From a virus: a stretch of 64,000 nt of DNA. The stretch is taken from the IMG/VR virus record IMGVR_UViG_3300025009_000052, one strand, 5' to 3'. Of this stretch, positions 9,544 to 17,393 are shown piece after piece. Positions within the stretch are counted from its first letter, which is position 1, and every line of letters begins with the position of its first letter. The position numbers and the translations under genes were made by a program. The notes under the pieces are model-generated. The model saw only the letters and a list, made by a program, of their open reading frames with translations, did no database searches and was not told the DNA's origin.

Positions 9544-10440
9544 ATGTTAAAGTATACTACAGAATATGTTAGAGAGTTTTTAGAAAAAATAGGATGGAAA
9601 ATGCTATCCAACGAATATACCGGATATAATAAACCAATTGCTGTTATGTGTCCCAACAAACATGTGCAGAAGAAATTGTTTAAGGATATAGTTGGAGGCG
9701 GAAAATGTATGAAGTGTCATTATTTATCTGGGAAAGCAGGTAAACCTACCCATAAATATGAATATGTAAAAGAATTTGTAGAAAAAGAAGGATATCATTT
9801 GTTGTCTAAGACATATAAAAGACAATCTGATCTATTAGAAATGAGCTGTAAAAATGAGCATAAGTGCTATATTTCATTTAAAAAATTTAAAACAGGTAGA
9901 AGGTGTCGATATTGCGACCCTAGCAGAAAAATGGAATTTGATGAAATATGTTTAAGAGCTATTGAATTTGGTTTCAAAATACTAGATACAGAATATTCCC
10001 CTAAAAAGAAACTACATATAGAGTGTGTAAATGGTCATGTTATGGAAAAATATTGGAATAATTTCCATCATAAACCAGCATGTGGAGAGTGTCATAATCC
10101 CTATAAGAATATGACTAGGGAGGAGTATCGCAAAATGTATAATGTAACAGATAAGGGAATTTATTCTAGATATTCTGGCGATTGCAATAGGACTAATCGC
10201 TTAAAACGTGGTATCCAAATGCAATTGACTTTTGAACAATTCAGTGAAATTATAAATAAAAACTGTTCATATTGTGGTTCCCTTAATTGTAGAGGGGTAG
10301 ATCGTAAAGATTCTTCCGGCAATTATGATTTGGAAAATTCAGTGCCTTGCTGTAAATACTGTAATAGTATGAAAAATTCAATGACCGTAGAGGAGTTTCT
10401 AAAACACATAGAAAAAATAGCCAAACATAGCCTAATCTAA
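9544..10440 (+). CDS. HNH homing-endonuclease-like protein with 3 N-terminal C-x3-H/CxxC Zn repeats
   Basis: CSYCG...GVDRKDSSGNYDLENSVPCCKYCNSMK HNH motif; three ~60-aa repeats; GGAG SD before ATG 9544. Confidence 0.85.
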   Translation: MLKYTTEYVREFLEKIGWKMLSNEYTGYNKPIAVMCPNKHVQKKLFKDIVGGGKCMKCHYLSGKAGKPTHKYEYVKEFVEKEGYHLLSKTYKRQSDLLEMSCKNEHKCYISFKKFKTGRRCRYCDPSRKMEFDEICLRAIEFGFKILDTEYSPKKKLHIECVNGHVMEKYWNNFHHKPACGECHNPYKNMTREEYRKMYNVTDKGIYSRYSGDCNRTNRLKRGIQMQLTFEQFSEIINKNCSYCGSLNCRGVDRKDSSGNYDLENSVPCCKYCNSMKNSMTVEEFLKHIEKIAKHSLI

Positions 10441-10465
10441 AATAATTCATCTATTTTATCTAAAA

Positions 10466-10477
10466 TTGTGGTATATC
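10466..10477 (+). promoter_or_regulatory. Extended -10 (early-type) promoter TTGTGGTATATC
   Basis: Recurrent motif at the head of the accessory block. Confidence 0.6.
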
Positions 10478-10520
10478 TAGTTATATAGTCCCAACCTTTT
10501 TTTGTAACTGAGGAGTAAAA

Positions 10521-10643
10521 ATGGACGACGAAGATTTAAGTATGTATTTGACCGATTTTGTTTGTGAAAGCGGGCTGTGGGATAATTTCTTAAAGTTTCT
10601 TGAGAAAAAAGGATTCTCAGAAGAAGAGTTGGAGGATCTATAA
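10521..10643 (+). CDS. Small acidic protein (40 aa, not in ORF track)
   Basis: GAGGAG SD; MDDEDLSMYLTDFVCESGLWDNFLKFLEKKGFSEEELEDL; TAATG overlap with the next gene. Confidence 0.7.
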   Translation: MDDEDLSMYLTDFVCESGLWDNFLKFLEKKGFSEEELEDL

Positions 10644-10898
10644 TGAAAACAACATTATTAGCCCTTATTGTTAGTATCGCCGTCTTAATCACGTCATTTT
10701 CTATTTTGGTTTATAGAATAACCGAATATAACGAAAAAGAAGCACAGTTTGAAGAGCGTACTTCATCAATAAAAACATACCTCAGTAATAAAGTACCTGA
10801 GTAATAAAGTACCTGAGGGTGGATATAGTATATGTGATATCGACCCTTTCAATTCATTATGCCCATGTGATAAGGTCATATATTGGAGAAATAGATGA
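10643..10898 (+). pseudogene. Membrane-anchored small protein gene truncated by a 16-bp tandem duplication
   Basis: GGAGG SD, N-terminal TM, stop at 10802-10804. Removing one repeat copy gives a 79-aa ORF ending in an ATGA overlap with 10895. Confidence 0.7.
10784..10817 (+). repeat. 16-bp tandem duplication AGTAATAAAGTACCTG x2
   Basis: Exact copies at 10784-10799 and 10800-10815. Confidence 0.95.
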
Positions 10899-11323
10899 AA
10901 TACGACAATTTAGCTGTAGATATGGTAAGCGAAGCGCTTGGCTTAGCAGAAGACGGTTGCGAGGTAACTAGGCTTTACGCTCCAGTATTGAAGTTCTTTG
11001 ACGTTAATTATCTTGAGGTTGTATACCTAAGATGTCCAATAGTCGATATGAGTATAAAGTTTGTAGTTCGTATTTGTAAACCAATACCACTCACTTTAAA
11101 GACCATATCTATTAATGTTGATGGTCTTAAGGGAACTCAGAAGGATTTATTAGACCAATTAAAGCTAAGGTGCTTAGAAGAATGGAGATCTAATTTTAAG
11201 AATGCGTATAAATCTGACGAGTCAGATGAGGAAGCCAAAAAGACCTTAGAGAAGTTCAATAATATTAAAAAAGTTAAGCTGATTGAGGTAAGGGTAAATC
11301 AGGAGCAATTCAATGAAAAATGA
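10895..11323 (+). CDS. Hypothetical protein
   Basis: GGAG SD; 142 aa. Confidence 0.7.
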   Translation: MKYDNLAVDMVSEALGLAEDGCEVTRLYAPVLKFFDVNYLEVVYLRCPIVDMSIKFVVRICKPIPLTLKTISINVDGLKGTQKDLLDQLKLRCLEEWRSNFKNAYKSDESDEEAKKTLEKFNNIKKVKLIEVRVNQEQFNEK

Positions 11324-12044
11324 CGATCTTGGTACTAGAATGAAAGAACAGTATGAAAATAGGACGAGGATTAAGTTACCTAGACGAACAAATACCATAA
11401 TTAGATTAGATGGAAAAGCGTTCCATACCTTTACTAAAGACTTCAATAGACCCTTTGATGTAAGATTTATTTACTTAATGAACGAAACGGCTGAGTATCT
11501 TTGTGAGAATATTCAAGGATGTAAGTTCGCATATGTTCAATCAGATGAAATATCATTATTATTAACCGATTACGATAAAATTACCTCAGAAGCTTTCTTT
11601 GATGGTAATATTCAGAAAATCACTAGCATAACAGCATCCATGGCCACTATGATATTTAATGAAATGTTAAATGAAGATGATAGAATTACTGAAAAATCCC
11701 AAAGAGCAATGTTTGACTCAAGAGCTTTTACAATTGCAGATAAAGAAGAGGTAATAAATTATTTTATATGGAGACAAAAAGATGCCGTAAGAAATAGCGT
11801 TCAAATGGTAGCTCAGAGTTTATATTCTCACAAAGAACTACAAGGTAAAAATTGTTCACAATTACAAGACATGATTTTTAATAAGGGACAGAATTGGAAT
11901 GATTATCCAATTGGACAAAAAAGAGGTAGGTGTGTTGTGAAAGATTCGTCTGGATATTGGACAATATCTGACCCACCAACATTTACCCAAGATCGGGATT
12001 TTATTGGTAATTTAATGAATGTAACTATAGAGGATAACATATGA
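11313..12044 (+). CDS. tRNA(His) guanylyltransferase / Thg1-like 3'-5' polymerase
   Basis: RMKxYE, IIRLDGKAFHTFT, YVQSDEISLLL, FDSRAF, YFIWRQKDAVRNS, KRGR motifs. Confidence 0.95.
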   Translation: MKNDDLGTRMKEQYENRTRIKLPRRTNTIIRLDGKAFHTFTKDFNRPFDVRFIYLMNETAEYLCENIQGCKFAYVQSDEISLLLTDYDKITSEAFFDGNIQKITSITASMATMIFNEMLNEDDRITEKSQRAMFDSRAFTIADKEEVINYFIWRQKDAVRNSVQMVAQSLYSHKELQGKNCSQLQDMIFNKGQNWNDYPIGQKRGRCVVKDSSGYWTISDPPTFTQDRDFIGNLMNVTIEDNI

Positions 12045-12304
12045 TAACCAATGAAGCGATAATTTTCGAGTTGTTGTTTTTAGCAGAAAACAATGCATTA
12101 GAAGAATTTGAGGAAAATTACGATCCTGAATTTTGTGTGGAAGGTCTTTGGGTAGGATTAATTAGTAATGGGTTCGATTGGCAAAAAACCTCTCAAGGTT
12201 GGCACTATTGGGAACACCTCGATAGACTATTTAGCGCACAAAATATATTTCCTAAATGGGATACAGACTCTTACTGTATGTATTGCGGAAAAATTCATGA
12301 ATAA
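12041..12304 (+). CDS. Small acidic/aromatic protein, family member 1 of 3
   Basis: [10 protein letters not shown]...[14 protein letters not shown] shared with 13273 and 13522. Confidence 0.75.
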   Translation: MITNEAIIFELLFLAENNALEEFEENYDPEFCVEGLWVGLISNGFDWQKTSQGWHYWEHLDRLFSAQNIFPKWDTDSYCMYCGKIHE

Positions 12305-12770
12305 ACCAAAAGAAAAACTATTTTCTGTAACCTTAGATGATTGTGAAGTACAACCATATCGTGGCTCAGGAGCGGGTGGCCAACACAGAAACAAAACTGA
12401 TTCGGCAATTAGAATAGTACATATTGCTAGCGGTGCAGTGGGACAATGTGAAAACCATCGTAGCCAACACCAAAACAAACAAGAGGCATTTCGTAGAATG
12501 TTTGAGACCAAAACCTTCCAGGATTGGATGAGGATTGAGACGGCTAGAGTTACGGGGCAATTAGCCGAGATTGAAAAGAAAGTAGATAAGGAAATGAAAC
12601 AAGTTAAAATAGAAATTAAGCAAGATGGTAAGTGGTCGGAAGAAAAGATAGAAATCCCCACAATAACTTTTGAAGAGCTCTCGAACAGTAAACAAATTTG
12701 TGCAATTATATCACCAGACACATATAAACAACTTGTAAAACTATCACAACAAACAAAGGATAAGAAATGA
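12297..12770 (+). CDS. Stand-alone class I release-factor (GGQ) peptidyl-tRNA hydrolase domain protein
   Basis: [22 protein letters not shown]...HRSQHQNK; start re-called to ATG 12297. Confidence 0.9.
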   Translation: MNKPKEKLFSVTLDDCEVQPYRGSGAGGQHRNKTDSAIRIVHIASGAVGQCENHRSQHQNKQEAFRRMFETKTFQDWMRIETARVTGQLAEIEKKVDKEMKQVKIEIKQDGKWSEEKIEIPTITFEELSNSKQICAIISPDTYKQLVKLSQQTKDKK

Positions 12771-13267
12771 AAGAAGAAATCGGAAAATTAGTACAAGCGG
12801 CAGAAACCATTGGATTAAGTGATGAATTGGATTTTAGAACCATTGCCGAACATCTTGTAACTGAAAAGGTTGGACCAACAATTATGCCAGATCAGGATAC
12901 TATTGTTAAATTAAACGAAGTTCAATTAGAAAGAGCTAAGGCCAAACTTAAAGAGAATCAAAGAAAAGAACTTGAAGAGGTAGATCCGAGAGTAATGTTT
13001 TTAAAGCTAAAACAAGGTTTTCTAGAACAGTATGGTCGAATTAACGCAGCGATTACAGCTTGCGATACTGTTAAAAGTGATTGTAATTCAATGAGATATG
13101 ACCTAAAATCAATGCAAAATGAACTTAATCGCATAGCAGAAAACAATAGAAATCTAAATAGAGATATGGAAGTTCAAGCAAATGTTTTGAAAGAATTGTT
13201 GCTTTATGTTGAAAAAGTTACAACTCCGTGGTATATTAAGGTATGGAATCGCATTAAAAGGAAATAG
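12767..13267 (+). CDS. Coiled-coil hypothetical protein
   Basis: Heptad-rich; ends in a PWY..W..I basic amphipathic tail. Confidence 0.7.
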   Translation: MKEEIGKLVQAAETIGLSDELDFRTIAEHLVTEKVGPTIMPDQDTIVKLNEVQLERAKAKLKENQRKELEEVDPRVMFLKLKQGFLEQYGRINAAITACDTVKSDCNSMRYDLKSMQNELNRIAENNRNLNRDMEVQANVLKELLLYVEKVTTPWYIKVWNRIKRK

Positions 13268-13272
13268 ACATA

Positions 13273-13509
13273 ATGAGAAGCAAGATGGAAATATTCTTTT
13301 TATTGTTTTTAGAAAGCCATGATGCATTAGATAAGTATTTGATTAATCACGGTGATCGGATAGATCTTGTACTAGAATCGTTCTTTGAGTCGTGGTTATT
13401 TAATGGTTTTTACTGGGAACATTCACCAGAAGGGTATGGCTTTTGGTTTGATATAAATGCCGATTGGCTTTCAGAAATGGAGAATATAACTTTAGCTAAT
13501 TTGAGTTAA
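13273..13509 (+). CDS. Small acidic/aromatic protein, family member 2 of 3
   Basis: LLFLESHDAL...GFYWEHSPEGYGFW. Confidence 0.75.
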   Translation: MRSKMEIFFLLFLESHDALDKYLINHGDRIDLVLESFFESWLFNGFYWEHSPEGYGFWFDINADWLSEMENITLANLS

Positions 13510-13521
13510 CTTGGAGATACT

Positions 13522-13770
13522 ATGAATAAACAAGAATTAGAAATTTTAGAACTATTGTTTTTAGCAGAAAACGATGCACTAGATTCATTTGAAGCAAACT
13601 TTAATGAAGTTGAGTTTAGAAGTGCAAAGTGTACATGTGGGATGTGTACGCCGCTAACTATCGTAGACGCAGGTTTTTTATGGTATAAGTCCCCTGAAGG
13701 CATGGACTATTGGGTAAATATTAATAATGAATTGGAAGAATTCACAGAGGACTTTATTAATGGAAATTAA
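13522..13770 (+). CDS. Small acidic/aromatic protein, family member 3 of 3
   Basis: LLFLAENDAL...GFLWYKSPEGMDYW; GGAG SD. Confidence 0.75.
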   Translation: MNKQELEILELLFLAENDALDSFEANFNEVEFRSAKCTCGMCTPLTIVDAGFLWYKSPEGMDYWVNINNELEEFTEDFINGN

Positions 13771-13969
13771 AAAAGGCGATAAATTATCTTTGGAAGTGCT
13801 TGTTCTAGGCGAAGAAGTTGTTATCTATGACGTTATAAATGATGATATTAAAATTGTTCAAACTGTCCATGGAATTGTTTGGCTAGATGAAAACACACCA
13901 AGGTATACATTAACACCATTGCTTGAAGAGATATTAAGCGAATTTAATATAGTATTGGGGGTTTTATGA
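13760..13969 (+). CDS. Hypothetical protein
   Basis: Start re-called to ATG 13760 after GAGG. Confidence 0.6.
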   Translation: MEIKKGDKLSLEVLVLGEEVVIYDVINDDIKIVQTVHGIVWLDENTPRYTLTPLLEEILSEFNIVLGVL

Positions 13970-14160
13970 TCTTTAGACAGTGGATCGCTATACTAGCCCT
14001 ACTATTATTAGTTCCCATAGTTTGGCCAATCTACTTAACAGTAAGATCTTTTTATTGGATAAGTGTTGTATTTTCAAATATATACGATTTACTTGAATCG
14101 GTACAAGTCAGAACAATAGTTGCTTTAATTAGATTTATATATAGGTGGGGTAATAAATAA
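13966..14160 (+). CDS. Small membrane protein
   Basis: Hydrophobic N-terminus; ATGA coupling. Confidence 0.6.
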   Translation: MIFRQWIAILALLLLVPIVWPIYLTVRSFYWISVVFSNIYDLLESVQVRTIVALIRFIYRWGNK

Positions 14161-14321
14161 TGAGATTTTTAAAAGAATTGGGTAATTTCATATTTAGTTT
14201 AGCTTGGACATCTCTTGTATTGTTGGTGGTCGGATCGTGTTCGATTGATATGATCTGCAACGATGCTAGTATCAGCAAGAAACAACCGAAAATATGTAAA
14301 ATGTGGTTTGAGGAGAAATAA
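14160..14321 (+). CDS. Small membrane/lipoprotein (53 aa, not in ORF track)
   Basis: TAATG overlap; MRFLKELGNFIFSLAWTSLVLLVVGSC... with a lipobox-like VVGSC. Confidence 0.55.
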   Translation: MRFLKELGNFIFSLAWTSLVLLVVGSCSIDMICNDASISKKQPKICKMWFEEK

Positions 14322-14642
14322 ATGAAAATAAACGAAACGGTTAGGGAAGCTTTTGAGACAGCTAAAGAAAAAGGCTGGCATGAAAATATTAACCCATTAC
14401 CAGAACTTTTAATGAAAATGGTTACGGAACTGGCTGAGGCTATGGAAGAATATAGGAACAAAACACCTTCTTTTTATATCAAGGGTGGAAAACCAGAAGG
14501 CATTGAAATTGAATTAGCTGACTGTGTAATCCGTATTATGGATTGTTTTGGTGAAAACGGTTGGGACTTAGAAAGGGCTTTGAGGGTTAAGATGGATTAT
14601 AATAAGACTAGAAGCTATAAACATGGCGGTAAGGTGTGCTAA
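14322..14642 (+). CDS. MazG-like NTP pyrophosphohydrolase
   Basis: TELAEAMEE...IELADCVIRIMD...KMDYNKTRSYKHGGK. Confidence 0.9.
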   Translation: MKINETVREAFETAKEKGWHENINPLPELLMKMVTELAEAMEEYRNKTPSFYIKGGKPEGIEIELADCVIRIMDCFGENGWDLERALRVKMDYNKTRSYKHGGKVC

Positions 14643-14860
14643 TGAAGGGCAAGATGTTGTGTGGAAACTGCGGTAAATATTCTCTTGAATGGACAAACCT
14701 TAGGGGCGAGTCTTTTTCTTATAAAGAACATCAAAAAGTCGAGTTAAAAGTTGATTTTTATGGACATAAATGCCGTGATTGTGGTAATATATCTATATGG
14801 AGCATTGATTATCCAGAATTAGATAGGGCAATCGAAGAATCTTTGGAGATAAACAAATGA
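14636..14860 (+). CDS. YgiT/MqsA-type zinc-finger domain protein lacking HTH
   Basis: CGNC...FSYKE..V...CRDCGN...ELDRAI parallels the N-terminal Zn domain of MqsA; the protein ends there. Confidence 0.65.
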   Translation: MLMKGKMLCGNCGKYSLEWTNLRGESFSYKEHQKVELKVDFYGHKCRDCGNISIWSIDYPELDRAIEESLEINK

Positions 14861-15132
14861 CAGTTAAAAAATTAGACAAAACCCATAATGCTAAGATGGT
14901 ATATATAGGAGAAATAGACTCAAAATCTGTATTTGAAACGAAACAATATTTTCTGGGAGACAATAGGGGTAGTTGGTTTGTAGTAGCAGGAAAAGATGTA
15001 TATTTAGCTAGATATATTGACAAACAAGATGCCGAAGAGCATGTCAATGCTTTAAATGATGGTTACGATCCTACAGAGGAAGAATTACAAGAAGCGTTGG
15101 GGTATTCTAATGAACTAGAAGGTAAGGAGTAG
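14857..15132 (+). CDS. Hypothetical protein
   Basis: GGAG SD; ATGA coupling. Confidence 0.65.
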   Translation: MTVKKLDKTHNAKMVYIGEIDSKSVFETKQYFLGDNRGSWFVVAGKDVYLARYIDKQDAEEHVNALNDGYDPTEEELQEALGYSNELEGKE

Positions 15133-15134
15133 AT

Positions 15135-16220
15135 ATGAGACAATTAGCAACAATTCAAACGGTTTTGAGTAAAAAACCAATTTCAGGTGCGGATAAAATT
15201 GAAGTTGTGCAAGTTAAAGGCTGGGAAGTTGTAGCTAAGAAAGATGAGTTTAATGTTGGTGACAAGGTAATTTATGTTGAAATTGATTCCAAACTACCTG
15301 ATAAGATTTATTTTGACTTTATGCGATCTAGAAATTTCAAAGTTAAGACAATTAAATTGAAGGGCCAAGTATCACAGGGGATAGTATTCCCACTAACTAT
15401 ATTGCCGACTAAAGTAAATGGATACAATATAGAAGAGGATGTAACGGAACTACTTGGAATTACTAATTATAAAGATGACGAAGAAATAAAAGACTCCGTA
15501 GATAGTAGAAAATTTAGCTGGTTAAATGTGTTATATAAATACAAGTTAACTAGATCACTTGCTAAGTTATTAACATTCAAAGCTAAAAAAGAGGCATTTC
15601 CATCGTTTATTAAAAAGACAGACGAAGACAGAATTCAGAATAAATCAAGATTTTATTACACAATAAGAGATTCTAAAGTTAGTGCTAGTGAAAAACTAGA
15701 CGGTCAGAGCGGTACATTCTTTCTTAGAAAATCTTGGTTTAAAAAAGAATTTGGTGTATGTAGTAGAAATTTGCATTTAAAAACAAAGCACCCATGTAAT
15801 TGGTGGAATATTGCCGAGAAATATGGATTTGAAGATAAGCTAAAGAAATTGAATGGAGATATTTATATTCAAGGTGAGATAGTTGGCGAGGGAATACAAA
15901 AAAATAAATATAAATTAACTGGACACAAATTTTATTTATTTAATGCATTCCTCATAAAATCACAAGAATATCTTAATTATGATGAGTTAGTCTCACTAGC
16001 AAATTGGTTAGGTTGTGAAGTAGTACCTAAAGTTGAAGTGGATTTAAGTGATTTAAATGAAGAAAATTTCATTAATAAAATGGTAGAGCGATCTAAGGGC
16101 TTTAGTAAGTTAAATGACAAAGTTATACGAGAAGGTATTGTGATAAGAGAAGATGTTTTGGAATATAAAAACTCTATTAAAGTAATTAACCCAGATTTTT
16201 TACTAAAACACGACGAGTAA
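15135..16220 (+). CDS. ATP-dependent RNA ligase, DRB0094/Rnl5 type
   Basis: N-terminal MRQLATI...GADKIE...YVEIDS...LKGQVSQG OB module; motif I EKLDG, CSRN, IQGEIVG, REGIV, KVIN. Confidence 0.92.
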   Translation: MRQLATIQTVLSKKPISGADKIEVVQVKGWEVVAKKDEFNVGDKVIYVEIDSKLPDKIYFDFMRSRNFKVKTIKLKGQVSQGIVFPLTILPTKVNGYNIEEDVTELLGITNYKDDEEIKDSVDSRKFSWLNVLYKYKLTRSLAKLLTFKAKKEAFPSFIKKTDEDRIQNKSRFYYTIRDSKVSASEKLDGQSGTFFLRKSWFKKEFGVCSRNLHLKTKHPCNWWNIAEKYGFEDKLKKLNGDIYIQGEIVGEGIQKNKYKLTGHKFYLFNAFLIKSQEYLNYDELVSLANWLGCEVVPKVEVDLSDLNEENFINKMVERSKGFSKLNDKVIREGIVIREDVLEYKNSIKVINPDFLLKHDE

Positions 16221-16223
16221 TAT

Positions 16224-16637
16224 ATGGGCGATAAAAAAGATTTAGTTGACAACATTAAAAACCACTTTGGACATGAAATAGTTGATCAATATGTTTTAAA
16301 TGGATCTGGTAAAAAGGAATGGTTCAAATATTGTCGCAATTGTAAGGTTGAAGTAGCTGAGAAACCTCTAGAAAGACCAACTAGAGATGAGCAGATAGAA
16401 AACCTACAAAGATCCTGGGCTTATGTTGCACCAAACATTGGCCAAAGTCCTAAGCAATACCAAGGATTAGACTTGGATTTGGAAGTTCCATTAGAAGACG
16501 ACGAAGATGAGTACGGAGTATTTAATAAGAGAGTTCTAAATACAATGTATGGTAGTTTAGAGTTTCTTAATGATACAGAAGATCATATGATAGATGCAAT
16601 TCGATATAGTATATCGATAAGAAGGAGAGAGGTTTAA
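16224..16637 (+). CDS. Hypothetical protein with Zn-finger-like motif
   Basis: H...YCRNCK; C-terminal DHMIDAIRY. Confidence 0.65.
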   Translation: MGDKKDLVDNIKNHFGHEIVDQYVLNGSGKKEWFKYCRNCKVEVAEKPLERPTRDEQIENLQRSWAYVAPNIGQSPKQYQGLDLDLEVPLEDDEDEYGVFNKRVLNTMYGSLEFLNDTEDHMIDAIRYSISIRRREV

Positions 16638-16728
16638 TTAAAATGAGTACACAAGAATGTATCTTTTTTTCTGTAGCGGCAATTTGTTTTGCAGCAATAA
16701 TGATTGCAATGACATTGATGGGTAATAC

Positions 16729-17376
16729 ATGAAAACTAAATTAAATATGAAGTTTGAAAACACGTTTCCTCCTGGCGGAGATATTATAAATACAGTTACA
16801 GCAACACAATCACCGGTTATTACAAAAGAATATCTAAGGGCATTTCCCAACCACATCTTTGTATTTGGCGATAATACTCTTAGGCGAGGATATGGTGGTG
16901 CGGCGGCTTTGCGTGACGAGCCGAATACTTATGGGTTTATTACAAAGATCTACCCAGATAATAATGACGCAAGTTTCTATAGACCAGAAACCTACAGGCA
17001 TATTTTTGAAGCTGAGTTGCAGAGTTTGAAAGAGTTAATAGAAGCCACTCCCAACAATATTTATTTGATTTCCCAAATAGGGGCTGGATTGGCCAATAAG
17101 TACCAAATATGGGAAAAAGTAATTAAAGATGGGCTAGAATTCTTAAGAAAGTATAAGAATGTGGTATATTTATACACAAGAGAGATAATTATGACAGAAA
17201 AATTAGAATTCCCTAGAATGTATGCTTGGAATGAAATGGTAGAGTACATAGACGAAGAACAAAGTATGTATACTAGAAGGGCACAATTGGTTAGTAGTCA
17301 AGAGGAACTTGATAAACTGTTGATTGATATTAAAAATCAAGAACAAGAGGTAATTAAAGAACATAAAGAAAAATAG
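16729..17376 (+). CDS. Phage VFGDN-motif protein (possible macro-like fold) fused in frame to a 61-aa acidic C-terminal segment
   Basis: IFVFGDN..RRGYGGAA..RDEPNTYGFITK and IGAGLA motifs; internal promoter, SD and ATG at 17159-17193. Confidence 0.65.
   Translation: MKTKLNMKFENTFPPGGDIINTVTATQSPVITKEYLRAFPNHIFVFGDNTLRRGYGGAAALRDEPNTYGFITKIYPDNNDASFYRPETYRHIFEAELQSLKELIEATPNNIYLISQIGAGLANKYQIWEKVIKDGLEFLRKYKNVVYLYTREIIMTEKLEFPRMYAWNEMVEYIDEEQSMYTRRAQLVSSQEELDKLLIDIKNQEQEVIKEHKEK
17159..17170 (+). promoter_or_regulatory. Internal extended -10 promoter ATGTGGTATATT
   Basis: Recurrent motif 20 nt before the in-frame ATG 17191, with AAGAGAG between. Confidence 0.5.
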
Positions 17377-17393
17377 TTCACCTAATATTAATT

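Noticed and set aside
13966-14321. TM protein plus small lipoprotein as a spanin pair
   Set aside because: The first protein lacks a periplasmic coiled coil, there is no endolysin or holin nearby, and the context is an early-type unit
16590-16637. DHMIDAIRY resembling the terminase large-subunit C-terminal motif
   Set aside because: Only a short motif in a 137-aa protein with no ATPase or nuclease domain; at most a remnant
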